From Candidatus Omnitrophica bacterium UBA6253 (GTDB taxonomy: Bacteria; Omnitrophota; Gorgyraeia; Gygaellales; Profunditerraquicolaceae), in the NCBI GenBank assembly GCA_002441245.1, contig DJVP01000012.1:116547-180546 (forward strand): 64,000 bases of DNA. The letters run 5' to 3'. Numbering within the stretch: position 1 is the first letter of the stretch; every line of letters starts with the position of its first letter. Of this stretch, positions 38,825 to 47,742 are shown piece after piece. The notes beneath the pieces are model-generated. The model was not told the origin of the DNA. It ran no database searches and saw only the letters and a program-made list of their open reading frames with translations. Both the position numbers and the translations under genes were made by a program.

Positions 38825-40770
38825 AGTATTTTATCTAACCCTGCGCTTACCCGTAAGTTATCTTCAGGAAAACTTACCCTGGGATGATTCTGTAATATTT
38901 CTCTAATGAAGCCGGAGATTTCTTTAATTTGCTTTAAATATATATATCTTTTATCCTGATAATTTTTTAGAAAGCGTTGATGCTTCTTGCTAAGGCCGGC
39001 GGCCTTAAATACCACAACATATCTTTCTGCCATAACCGCCTCAGAGATCATCGATATACTCTCCGGCGAACTTATAATTATACTGCTTAAGCCTAATATG
39101 CCGCCAACTGCATCAGGATGGTTGTTTTCATTGGCAATAATTAAAAGCTTACAGCGCAAATAAGCCTCAAATTCTTTTTTAAGCACCTGCTCCACTTCCG
39201 GCGGCGTACGGCGGGAGGTAGAAAGAAGAATATCCGCGTTCAACTCTTCGGCAGATTGTTTAATTTGACCAATCAATCCTGTTATCGCCTGACGGCTAAT
39301 AGCAAACCCTTTACTATCGCCTCCAATTAATATGCCAATACAAGGATTAAGCAAAGGGCCTTTTAAGAGGCCGGACTTCTGCAATCTCCCTGATTTTTCT
39401 TTTAAATAATCCCCGTCAATTAAATTAAGCGCCCCCTCGGTCATTACCACATTTTTCTTATTTTGTGGCCTGTCATGCCGGGGGATAATCGCCAGATCAA
39501 ACTTTTTCAGGCTTAAGACAGCCGGCCGCATTACAATAACTGACTTGGCCTGGTTTGCTTTAGCCAATATATAATTTACAGCGCTCAATTTATCTCCCGC
39601 AGAAATAATAATATCGGGCTTAAGGTTGATTAAACCCTGCCAACTTTCACTGGTTAAGGCATAATGCAAATAACACAGGCAGCGATGGCATTGATACCTG
39701 CCGTTAAAAACAGCCATCCAGTTAAATATAACCCTGAACAGGCAGCTACGGAATTTCACCTCACAGATAGATAATGTAGATTTTATTCCCCGCCCTGATA
39801 ATTGCCGATTGACCAATTTAGCTACGCTTTCAGACTGATGGAGGTGGCCTGCCTTTCCATCGGAAAGGATCAATACCTCTTTCTCTTTACCGTATTTCCA
39901 GATTTTATAAGTCCAGAGATACTCATAGGGGTATTGCTGGATATACTTCTCATAAATATCAGCCAACCTCTGCAGGTTGTCATGCAGGTCATTTTGTGCG
40001 TCACCGCTTTTGGTTGCCACATAAACCTGGTCCAGAATAACTTTAGTATGAGGACCTTTTACGCGCGTATAAAAAACAGGGATTATGGAACAGCCGTATT
40101 TCAAAGCCAGCTTCACCGCTCCGGTAGACATAGAGGCGGATTTACCAAAAAACCTTACGATCTCCCCCTTTTTGCCGCCCTGATCAGTAGTCATCCCGAT
40201 TGACTGGTTATTTTTAAGGACATCAATCAACTCCCGCAATCCCCCTTGCTTATGGATAAGCTTTGCCCCTTGTTTAAGCCTATAGGTATTAAGCAGGTCA
40301 TTTAACCGCGGGAATCCCTGATCTCGCACAAATAATATAAAAGGGAACCCGAGGTTTGCGCAGATGATATTGGAAAGTTCCCAGTTACCTTCATGTGCGA
40401 TAAGAAAAATTACCCCTTTGCCTCTTTTAAAAGCCTCGCCAATATAATGCCTGTTTTCAATATGGATATACTTTTCAAGATACCTCTTATTTATACGCGG
40501 GATAAAAGAAATCTCTATAAGGTTCTGGCCGAATGCCTGATAAACCTTGCGGGTTATCTTTGCGGCTAACCGAAAGTCTTTATTTATTGTCACGGCCTTC
40601 TTGATATTCGCGTAAGCGACCGCGCGATGCCGGGAATCAAAAAAATAGATAACGTCCCCCAGCCTCCTGCCCAAAAACAGGCTTGCGTTCAAAGGCAGCA
40701 AGAAAGTAAACAGGCTGGCGGCCTTAAAGAGAATACAGCTTAAGTAATCGGCGATCAAATTCTGCTTCAT
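38821..40770 (-). CDS. Fusion protein: LpxL/HtrB-type lipid A late acyltransferase (N-terminal) + ELM1-like GT-B domain (C-terminal)
   Basis: N-terminal half resembles lauroyl/myristoyl acyltransferases (about 290 aa). C-terminal half begins LILSDGKAGHLHQSESVAKL, like the ELM1-family N-terminus. Confidence 0.6.
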   Translation of the reverse strand: MKQNLIADYLSCILFKAASLFTFLLPLNASLFLGRRLGDVIYFFDSRHRAVAYANIKKAVTINKDFRLAAKITRKVYQAFGQNLIEISFIPRINKRYLEKYIHIENRHYIGEAFKRGKGVIFLIAHEGNWELSNIICANLGFPFILFVRDQGFPRLNDLLNTYRLKQGAKLIHKQGGLRELIDVLKNNQSIGMTTDQGGKKGEIVRFFGKSASMSTGAVKLALKYGCSIIPVFYTRVKGPHTKVILDQVYVATKSGDAQNDLHDNLQRLADIYEKYIQQYPYEYLWTYKIWKYGKEKEVLILSDGKAGHLHQSESVAKLVNRQLSGRGIKSTLSICEVKFRSCLFRVIFNWMAVFNGRYQCHRCLCYLHYALTSESWQGLINLKPDIIISAGDKLSAVNYILAKANQAKSVIVMRPAVLSLKKFDLAIIPRHDRPQNKKNVVMTEGALNLIDGDYLKEKSGRLQKSGLLKGPLLNPCIGILIGGDSKGFAISRQAITGLIGQIKQSAEELNADILLSTSRRTPPEVEQVLKKEFEAYLRCKLLIIANENNHPDAVGGILGLSSIIISSPESISMISEAVMAERYVVVFKAAGLSKKHQRFLKNYQDKRYIYLKQIKEISGFIREILQNHPRVSFPEDNLRVSAGLDKIL

Positions 40771-41785
40771 TCTTAGTTATGACCAGTTTAATATTCAAAG
40801 AGAATATGCCCGGATAGGTAAATTTAAGCCTGGAAATCTTCACGGCATCTTTTTCGGTTGTGATAATCGTATCTAAATTCCTGTCTCTGGCGCATTTAAT
40901 AATACCATCTAAGTCTGCCTGCGCATAATCGTGATGATCAATAAATCTCAAGGCCTCTGCGATATTAATTCCTAAAGAAGAAACCGTGTTCTCGAAGGCC
41001 CGCGGGTTGCCTATAGCTGAAAAAACTACCGCGGATTTTCCGTTAAAACTATCTGGGCTTAAAATTTCATCCGGAGCATGCAGATTACCAAAACCCTCAG
41101 GCCTATGCCTTGACTCTACAATAAGAGCCCGGGAATTTAACTGTCTTAATCTTGCCGTCAGGCCAGCGGTATCCTGGCCAGGATAAACTTGAGTCAAAAC
41201 AAATATATCTGCCCTGCTCAACGCAATCAACGGCTCACGTAAAAAACCCGCCGGAAGCAAACGAAGATTACCAAAAGGATTGCAGGCATCGATAGTTACA
41301 ATCTCCAGATCTTTAAATATACGCCACTGCTGCATACCATCATCAAGAATCAGGATATTTGCAGCATGATCCTTGATTGCCCTGGCTGCCCCTTTTAACC
41401 TGTCTTTATCGACAATAACAGGAGTTTGCGGCAGCTTTTTTTGTAACATAGCCGGTTCATCTCCCATACCTTGCTCCCCGGAAAGTTTTATATCTCTTTT
41501 ATAGCCCCGGGTAAGCACCGCTATCTTATTGCCTTTCTGGCTTAGTTTAACAACCAAATATTCTACAAGGCTGGTCTTGCCTGTGCCGCCTAGAGTAATG
41601 TTTCCTACGCTGATTAACGTACAATTAACCCGTGCCGGCCGAAACCTATGGAAACCCGCCGCAATAACCACAGCCAATCCATAAACCAAAGACAACATAA
41701 AAAGCAGGCCTCTTAAACACGCTGCCAACGGGCCTTTTATCTTGCAGGTAACTAAGTTATAAAGGTAGTCCTTTGGTAAAAGCAT
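40724..41785 (-). CDS. lpxK: Tetraacyldisaccharide 4'-kinase
   Basis: LISVGNITLGGTGKTSLVEYLV P-loop and TRGYKR motif. Confidence 0.85.
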   Translation of the reverse strand: MLLPKDYLYNLVTCKIKGPLAACLRGLLFMLSLVYGLAVVIAAGFHRFRPARVNCTLISVGNITLGGTGKTSLVEYLVVKLSQKGNKIAVLTRGYKRDIKLSGEQGMGDEPAMLQKKLPQTPVIVDKDRLKGAARAIKDHAANILILDDGMQQWRIFKDLEIVTIDACNPFGNLRLLPAGFLREPLIALSRADIFVLTQVYPGQDTAGLTARLRQLNSRALIVESRHRPEGFGNLHAPDEILSPDSFNGKSAVVFSAIGNPRAFENTVSSLGINIAEALRFIDHHDYAQADLDGIIKCARDRNLDTIITTEKDAVKISRLKFTYPGIFSLNIKLVITKNEAEFDRRLLKLYSL

Positions 41786-41794
41786 AGCAAAAAT

Positions 41795-42067
41795 TTAAAT
41801 CGCCTTAAAAAACATTAAAAACCCGATGATTATAAACAGTGCTGCTCCGATATAGCGAATCAACTCTGGCCTGATGAACTTAGCCAAAAGCGCCCCCAGA
41901 AAAACCGAAATCACCGTAACAATAACATAAGCCGATACCGAACCTAACCATACAGAAATTGGCTTACCAGTCTTAGCCGCCATGCCAATGCCAACCAACT
42001 GGGTTTTATCCGCCAACTCCGCGAAGAATACAGCGCCAAAAGTAGCCAAAAAAACCTTCCAATCCAT
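41795..42067 (-). CDS. UPF0016 (GDT1/TMEM165-like) single-repeat membrane protein
   Basis: AELADKTQL (E-x-G-D-K-T motif variant) and 3 TM segments. 90 aa. Confidence 0.6.
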   Translation of the reverse strand: MDWKVFLATFGAVFFAELADKTQLVGIGMAAKTGKPISVWLGSVSAYVIVTVISVFLGALLAKFIRPELIRYIGAALFIIIGFLMFFKAI

Positions 42068-42181
42068 CTTCCTGCTCCTCTCTATGATAAGGTTGCTTTA
42101 AATATTTATGATATCACATAAGGTGCCTTCAGGCAAATAGTTTAAAGGATTAAAACGCAAGAATACCAATAGGATATGTAA

Positions 42182-42838
42182 TTAAAGCAGGATGTAACCG
42201 GAGATCTGTTTTAACTGATTTACTACGATATCGGCGTCAGCCAAATACTCCTTGGGTAAACTGGTAGAAACAGCAATACAGGACATCCCGGCCTTCTTAG
42301 CCGAGATAATGCCAAATGGCGCATTTTCTATAACCAGGCAATATTCTGGCCTAAGCCCCAATAGCCCGGCTGCCCTGAGATACGGCTCAGGATGAGGTTT
42401 GCCATTCTTAACCTGGTTACCGGCTACTATAACATCAAAAAGCTTGCGCATTTTAACAGGTAAAATCCTTTTTATCTCATTGAGCGGGCTGCCCGTAACC
42501 AACCCTAGCATAAAACCCTCATCTTTTAATTCAACCAGAAGCTCGCAAGCTCCATGGAAGATATGCCGCTTAAAATAACGTTTAAATATCTTCTGGCGCA
42601 GCTTAAATATAGCCTTCAAAATCTTCTTTGACGGCTTAATCTTCTCGCGTTTTAACAGGCCTTTTAAGGTAGTTTCCCATCGTTCACCTTCTTGTGCGTA
42701 AACCTCAAAACAACTTACCCGCACGCCCCACGGCCGCAAGGCCTCATACCAAGCAATAAAATGATATGGCATAGAATCGACAATTACTCCATCCATATCA
42801 AAAATAATTGCCCGTGGCCTTATTTTTAGCTTTTTCAT
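42182..42838 (-). CDS. HAD-IA family hydrolase (beta-phosphoglucomutase-like phosphatase)
   Basis: IIFDMDGVIVDS motif I, plus motifs II-IV. Confidence 0.75.
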   Translation of the reverse strand: MKKLKIRPRAIIFDMDGVIVDSMPYHFIAWYEALRPWGVRVSCFEVYAQEGERWETTLKGLLKREKIKPSKKILKAIFKLRQKIFKRYFKRHIFHGACELLVELKDEGFMLGLVTGSPLNEIKRILPVKMRKLFDVIVAGNQVKNGKPHPEPYLRAAGLLGLRPEYCLVIENAPFGIISAKKAGMSCIAVSTSLPKEYLADADIVVNQLKQISGYILL

Positions 42839-42848
42839 ATTTTAATAA

Positions 42849-43571
42849 TTAATCAGATGACATAAAGGAAAGATTGCGTTCGATGAAATCAATCAATTCC
42901 TGCTGAATATCAGCCGAGATATTGCGGAATTCCACGCCGAAACCCGGATACTCATGGGGCTGGACTTCTTTATCCGGGACCCACACAACAGCTGCCTCAA
43001 TTACAAGTTCTTCTTTCTTTGGCGCCAGCCTCATCTTAAGTATTACCTCATCCCCCAGCTTAAAATTATCGCAACCGAATATAAAGGCACCCACCGCGCT
43101 CAAATTAAGTATATCAACCTTAAGGCAGCTTGGCGAAGTCGAAGATTTGGATTTTAACTCTACTTTTAAATCAATGGGCAGGCGTTTAAACCTGCGGCGC
43201 AGCTGCATCTTTTTGATATCCTCAATAGCTTTGTCTTCCTTAAAACTATTAACCGCTAAATCCTCCGTGGCATAAACCTCAATAACCCTGTCCATGCCGG
43301 AAACCGCAAATACTCCCCTGAGGTGCGCCGGAATATTTAAAAGCTTCATCCTACCCTTGCTGTTGACCACTTCTTTATAAGCAATAACTACAACCGAGAT
43401 CCCCATATAATCAATACCTTCAATATCCTCCAAATTGCAGAGTATATCCGTATATCCATCACGCAGGCATTGCCCAACCACCTCTACAAGATTAGCGGAA
43501 TTAACGTCTATGCGGCCGGATAAATCCATAATGATTATATAATCTTTCTGCCTTAATTTTATCTCTAGCAT
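42849..43571 (-). CDS. STAS (anti-sigma-factor antagonist-like) - PilZ fusion protein
   Basis: N-terminal STAS-like 110 aa. C-terminal RRRFKR...NLSAVGAFI...GFGVEF matches PilZ RxxxR and (D/N)xSxxG motifs. Confidence 0.6.
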   Translation of the reverse strand: MLEIKLRQKDYIIIMDLSGRIDVNSANLVEVVGQCLRDGYTDILCNLEDIEGIDYMGISVVVIAYKEVVNSKGRMKLLNIPAHLRGVFAVSGMDRVIEVYATEDLAVNSFKEDKAIEDIKKMQLRRRFKRLPIDLKVELKSKSSTSPSCLKVDILNLSAVGAFIFGCDNFKLGDEVILKMRLAPKKEELVIEAAVVWVPDKEVQPHEYPGFGVEFRNISADIQQELIDFIERNLSFMSSD

Positions 43572-43948
43572 GTTAATTTAAATTCAATGGCAGGATTTAA
43601 TTTTAAGGTATTGTGCGCAGGGCAGTTTTTAATAAACTCCAGCAATGCCCTCTGCCTGCGTTCATCGATTGAGCAGGATTTTAAATCTATCTCCACATTG
43701 ATCTGCCTGAAAGATAACGGAGATTCCTTGGAAAGCTCAGCAGAGACATTGATCTTGAAGTTTTCCAGGTTTAACTTTGAGCCTTCGGAGTATTTACGGA
43801 TATATACCCCGATACAACTGCCTAACCCGGTCAGAAGCGCATCCAGCGGGGTTAATCCTTTTCCTTTTGCGTCCACGACAAATTCACTTTCGCCTGATTT
43901 AACGCTAAATGCCAAATCCTGATTATGCACAACTTCTATCTTATACAT
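43565..43948 (-). CDS. OsmC/Ohr-family peroxiredoxin-like protein
   Basis: LLTGLGSC and CPAHNTL conserved Cys motifs. Confidence 0.7.
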   Translation of the reverse strand: MYKIEVVHNQDLAFSVKSGESEFVVDAKGKGLTPLDALLTGLGSCIGVYIRKYSEGSKLNLENFKINVSAELSKESPLSFRQINVEIDLKSCSIDERRQRALLEFIKNCPAHNTLKLNPAIEFKLTC

Positions 43949-44003
43949 TTACACCTCACTTTTTAAACATACTAACATGCCCAGGGATATATTACAAGGT
44001 TAG

Positions 44004-44480
44004 TTAATAAGCCCTGGGCCTTGCCTGTTTCTGCCAAGAATCAAAAAGCTTTATATTTTCTCTTACTAATACTGCCGGAGTAATCCTGATTCTATTTTTT
44101 GCCAACTTCCTTAAATCCAGATTAGAAACAGGCAATTCATTAAAACCATACCTCTTGGCATCTTTGATTGCGCAGCCAAAAACAATGCGCGAGATTCTTG
44201 CCCAATGGCAGGCCGCAAAACACATCGGGCACGGCTCACAAGTAGAATAAATAACGCAACCGGATAAATCAACTCTTTTAAGCCTCTTACATGCCTGCCG
44301 GATTGCCGTTATTTCAGCATGAGCCGTAATATCGGTATTCTTCCAGACAAGATTATGGCTACAGGCAATAACTTTATTGCCTTTTACAATACAAGAGCCA
44401 AAAGGTGCCTGGCCTTTCCTTGCCCCTTGCGCGGCCTTCTCTATGGCAAAACGCATAAATTTTATATCCTGATTTTTCAT
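44004..44480 (-). CDS. CDA-fold deaminase, guanine deaminase (GuaD)/TadA-like
   Basis: TAHAEITAIRQACK...YSTCEPCPMCFAACHWAR closely parallels the B. subtilis GuaD zinc motifs. Confidence 0.7.
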   Translation of the reverse strand: MKNQDIKFMRFAIEKAAQGARKGQAPFGSCIVKGNKVIACSHNLVWKNTDITAHAEITAIRQACKRLKRVDLSGCVIYSTCEPCPMCFAACHWARISRIVFGCAIKDAKRYGFNELPVSNLDLRKLAKNRIRITPAVLVRENIKLFDSWQKQARPRAY

Positions 44481-44487
44481 TAGCCTT

Positions 44488-45399
44488 TCATAATATTTTA
44501 CTCATTAATAACCCTAGTATAAAGGACAAAGAAGTCCCCAGGTTAACCAAAATAGTCATTGCGCACATCTTTTGAAGCAACAGACTGTCCCTATAAGCAC
44601 CCTTGAGCATTAAAGACGCCAATATTACGGCAATAATCAATACCGGAAAATAGAAAAATGCGCTCTCTACAGGGAAACCCTTTGCTAAAGCGATAAAAAA
44701 ACTAACTCCTGCGCAAACAACAAACAACGCATATAGAAAAGCGCCTCTTTCTTTGCCTATGCGTACTAATAAATTATTTTTAGACGCCTCTCTGTCCACC
44801 TGATAATCCGGATATTCATTGATCAATATTATATTTACCACTGCACAGGCAATAGGCAACGATACAAAAACAGCCAAAATATCAAAACTGGAAACTTGAA
44901 TATAAAATGCGGCATTTACAGCCAAAAAACCAAAACTATAAGCAATAAATATCTCGCCTAATCCCCGGCTTACCCAGCGTAGAGGCGGCTTAGAATAGAA
45001 TAACCCGCAGATTACCCCTGAAGCACCCAGCAAAAGAGTCCATTTGCCGGTTTTAAAATAAAACTGCAAGATTGTTCCTATTAAAAAGGCCAGCAGGATA
45101 ACCGCATAAGACAGGACCCCTACCTTGCTTTCGGGAATTAATTTCTTAACCAATACCTGGCTGCCGCCGCTAAATGGGCTTTTTCCTAAAACCGCCGAAA
45201 GACGGTCTTCTTTGATATCGTAAATCTCGCCACTATAATGCGCGGCTAATTGAATAAGGATCGAACCAGCTAAACCCAAGAAAAAAACTGCCGGACTAAA
45301 TTTACCCGTAAGGCGTTGCGCAAGTAATGCGCCCAAAATATATGGCAGGATGACTACGCTTAAAAACGGTATGCGCGAAAGCAAAATCCAATATTTCAT
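44488..45399 (-). CDS. UbiA-superfamily prenyltransferase (MenA-like)
   Basis: Polytopic membrane protein with two Asp-rich motifs (YDIKED and DYQVD). Confidence 0.65.
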   Translation of the reverse strand: MKYWILLSRIPFLSVVILPYILGALLAQRLTGKFSPAVFFLGLAGSILIQLAAHYSGEIYDIKEDRLSAVLGKSPFSGGSQVLVKKLIPESKVGVLSYAVILLAFLIGTILQFYFKTGKWTLLLGASGVICGLFYSKPPLRWVSRGLGEIFIAYSFGFLAVNAAFYIQVSSFDILAVFVSLPIACAVVNIILINEYPDYQVDREASKNNLLVRIGKERGAFLYALFVVCAGVSFFIALAKGFPVESAFFYFPVLIIAVILASLMLKGAYRDSLLLQKMCAMTILVNLGTSLSFILGLLMSKIL

Positions 45400-45404
45400 A
45401 TTTT

Positions 45405-45830
45405 TTATTTTCTTATAAAATCCTGATAAACCGCCAGGATTATCACAATAGCAGAACTGCTGAAAATGAAAAAATAATTTATGGCATCTTTGTTTGAACG
45501 CAGGCGGCAGAGCATTATGCGCAAAAATTCTCTGTCGCCGGCATCTAAAATCTGGCTGTTCGATATCTTCTTATGGATTTGGTATCTTTCCAATTCCTGG
45601 CGCAAGATTTTATCCTGTCTGAATTTATATAGAAAATATAGAAAGAATCCTGCTACACCCAGATACCAGAAAAACTTCGGCCAGAATAATCCAAAGGGCA
45701 AAACAAGATTTACCAGCCTGACAGAGATTGTGGCAATTATTCCGACAAGAAGAAATAGCCAGGAGACAGTAGTGTCCCTGCAACTTGCGGAAGCCTTACA
45801 ATTAATGCATTGCGTTTTAGGTTTAAACAT
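45405..45830 (-). CDS. Hypothetical membrane protein with N-terminal CxxC...C motif
   Basis: CINCKASASC then 3-4 TM segments. No recognisable family. Confidence 0.4.
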   Translation of the reverse strand: MFKPKTQCINCKASASCRDTTVSWLFLLVGIIATISVRLVNLVLPFGLFWPKFFWYLGVAGFFLYFLYKFRQDKILRQELERYQIHKKISNSQILDAGDREFLRIMLCRLRSNKDAINYFFIFSSSAIVIILAVYQDFIRK

Positions 45831-45833
45831 ATA

Positions 45834-46004
45834 TTATTGAGTAAGGTCCTTATTGTTGCTCCTGCGCAAGGCCTTAACCATGCGCTCATAAGCCTCCAGG
45901 GCTGAAGCCCCTTCAGTAAGATGGTCAAAACAAACAGCCGCATACCCCTTACGGTTTTTAATCTTAAAAATCTGCACTTTTAAGTGGCCGATTTTCTCTA
46001 ACAT
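45834..46004 (-). CDS. Candidate small ORF (56 aa) absent from the ORF track
   Basis: ATG...TAA ORF MLEKIGHLKVQIFKIKNRKGYAAVCFDHLTEGASALEAYERMVKALRRSNNKDLTQ fills a 190-bp same-strand gap. Plausible beta-alpha-beta composition. Confidence 0.3.
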   Translation of the reverse strand: MLEKIGHLKVQIFKIKNRKGYAAVCFDHLTEGASALEAYERMVKALRRSNNKDLTQ

Positions 46005-46017
46005 TTTATATTAAGGA

Positions 46018-46767
46018 TTAACTAACTTCAATGGCTGCGCGAGCATCAAATGGATTAGTGCGCATAGCCAAAGAAAATAAATACGGATAATCTGCCTTAA
46101 GATGTTTCATGTAAGAGACCCATTGCATTATAAGCAGCCGATAAGAACGCTTCAAGTCATTGGAGAGATGCTCATAATCCTTCTGGGTAAGATTTTTTAA
46201 ATCCACACGGCCTTCCAACTCTTCAGTAAGATGGAATACCGCCCAGAGCAAATCAGTAAATGACTCATGTTCCAGAAGATTCTGGTTTTCCAGCAGGCCA
46301 AGCATAAAATTACGCTTTTTAATCAAGAAATCTTTTAATCCCTGCAGGTCGCCTTTTTTATAATCAATTTTATAATCATAGTTTCCAAGGTCCTTCTCCA
46401 AACGGTTAAACTCAGATGCTGCCCATTCTGAGCGTACGCTTAATTTATCAGATATAGAGCACCCCTGCATGTCAAAAACTATGCAGAATTTAAGCAGCTC
46501 CTTGCCTACTTCACTAAAAAATACACCAATGACCATATTCATTTTCTTAAATAAAGCCTGTTTCTCCCGATAAGTCAAAAGGTTATGCATCACCAGCGTA
46601 ACTAGAAAAACCTCCAGAAACACAAAACCGATATCCCCAATAAGATAGATAAATATGTGCCGTGCGTCCCGAAAAATCAAGAAGTGGATATAGTAAACCG
46701 ATGCTGAGAGTATAATTAAAACAACCCCCAAGATAACCTGCCAGTTAAATATCTTATTAAGCACCAT
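46018..46767 (-). CDS. Hypothetical membrane-anchored protein (2 N-terminal TM + cytoplasmic domain)
   Basis: ORF only. No motifs recognised. Confidence 0.4.
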   Translation of the reverse strand: MVLNKIFNWQVILGVVLIILSASVYYIHFLIFRDARHIFIYLIGDIGFVFLEVFLVTLVMHNLLTYREKQALFKKMNMVIGVFFSEVGKELLKFCIVFDMQGCSISDKLSVRSEWAASEFNRLEKDLGNYDYKIDYKKGDLQGLKDFLIKKRNFMLGLLENQNLLEHESFTDLLWAVFHLTEELEGRVDLKNLTQKDYEHLSNDLKRSYRLLIMQWVSYMKHLKADYPYLFSLAMRTNPFDARAAIEVS

Positions 46768-46770
46768 AAC

Positions 46771-47214
46771 TTATTCTCCTATATCCTCATTCCATAAATT
46801 AGGTTTGCGCTTAATAAACTGCCGCATTAATTGTTTGCAATCAGCCGAATCTAAATTGACGATCTTCACTCCCCTTCTTCTGGCATAGCTTTCCGGACCT
46901 TTAAAAGTTTGATTTTCCCCGATTACCACCTTAGGTATCTTATAAAGCAGTATCGCGCCCATACACATATCACAGGGAGAAAGCGTGGAATAAATAATAC
47001 ACTTTTTATAATCTGCGCTTTTTAACCTGCCGGCATTCTCCAGACAATCCATCTCGGCGTGCAAAACCGCCGAACTCTTTTGTATGCGCCTGTTATGGCC
47101 CCTTGCTATAATTAACCCATCCTTAACCAATACCGCACCTATAGGAATTCCTTGTTCGGCTAAACTTTTTTTAGCTTCTTTAATCGCCTCCTGCATAAAC
47201 TTTTCCATAAGCAC
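46771..47214 (-). CDS. CDA-fold deaminase, yeast Fcy1-type cytosine deaminase-like
   Basis: GHNRRIQKSSAVLHAE...YSTLSPCDMCMGAILLYKIPKVVIGEN...WNEDIGE parallels yeast cytosine deaminase along its length. Confidence 0.7.
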   Translation of the reverse strand: MLMEKFMQEAIKEAKKSLAEQGIPIGAVLVKDGLIIARGHNRRIQKSSAVLHAEMDCLENAGRLKSADYKKCIIYSTLSPCDMCMGAILLYKIPKVVIGENQTFKGPESYARRRGVKIVNLDSADCKQLMRQFIKRKPNLWNEDIGE

Positions 47215-47685
47215 CTATCGCGATATCTTGATTATTTTATATTTAAGCAGCCCTGCTGGAACCCTTATCTCCACAACTTCGTTTTCTTTATGCCCCAGTA
47301 AGCCTTCACCCACCGGAGAACTCACTGAAATCTTGTTCTGGTTATAATCCGCCTCAAGCTCCGAAACCAATACATATTCCATCTCTTCTTCCGTATCCAT
47401 ATCTATCAGTTTTACTCTGGCACCGATTAAAACTTGATCCTGGGGTATATCTTTATCAAGTATGCGCACCCGGGAAAGCTTCTCCTCTAATTCAACGATC
47501 TGCTTTTCATTATGCCCCTGGGCATCCTTAGCCGCGTCATACTCGGCATTCTCGCTGATATCGCCATGCGCCCGGGCCTCGCCTACTGCCTTAGAAAGCT
47601 GCCGGCGTTTAACCGTCTTCAAATATTCCAGATCGCTAACTAATTTCTCATAGCCTTCCTGGGTTAGATAGATATCCCCTGACAT
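47215..47685 (-). CDS. greA: Transcription elongation factor GreA
   Basis: LTQEGYEKL...GDISENAEYDAAKD motifs. Start chosen at MSGDIYLTQ; the ORF could extend to 47715. Confidence 0.85.
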   Translation of the reverse strand: MSGDIYLTQEGYEKLVSDLEYLKTVKRRQLSKAVGEARAHGDISENAEYDAAKDAQGHNEKQIVELEEKLSRVRILDKDIPQDQVLIGARVKLIDMDTEEEMEYVLVSELEADYNQNKISVSSPVGEGLLGHKENEVVEIRVPAGLLKYKIIKISR

Positions 47686-47742
47686 ATTTGGCTCCTTTAC
47701 CCTGCAAAAGGGCATACCGGCCGCTTCCTTCCGGGCCGGATG

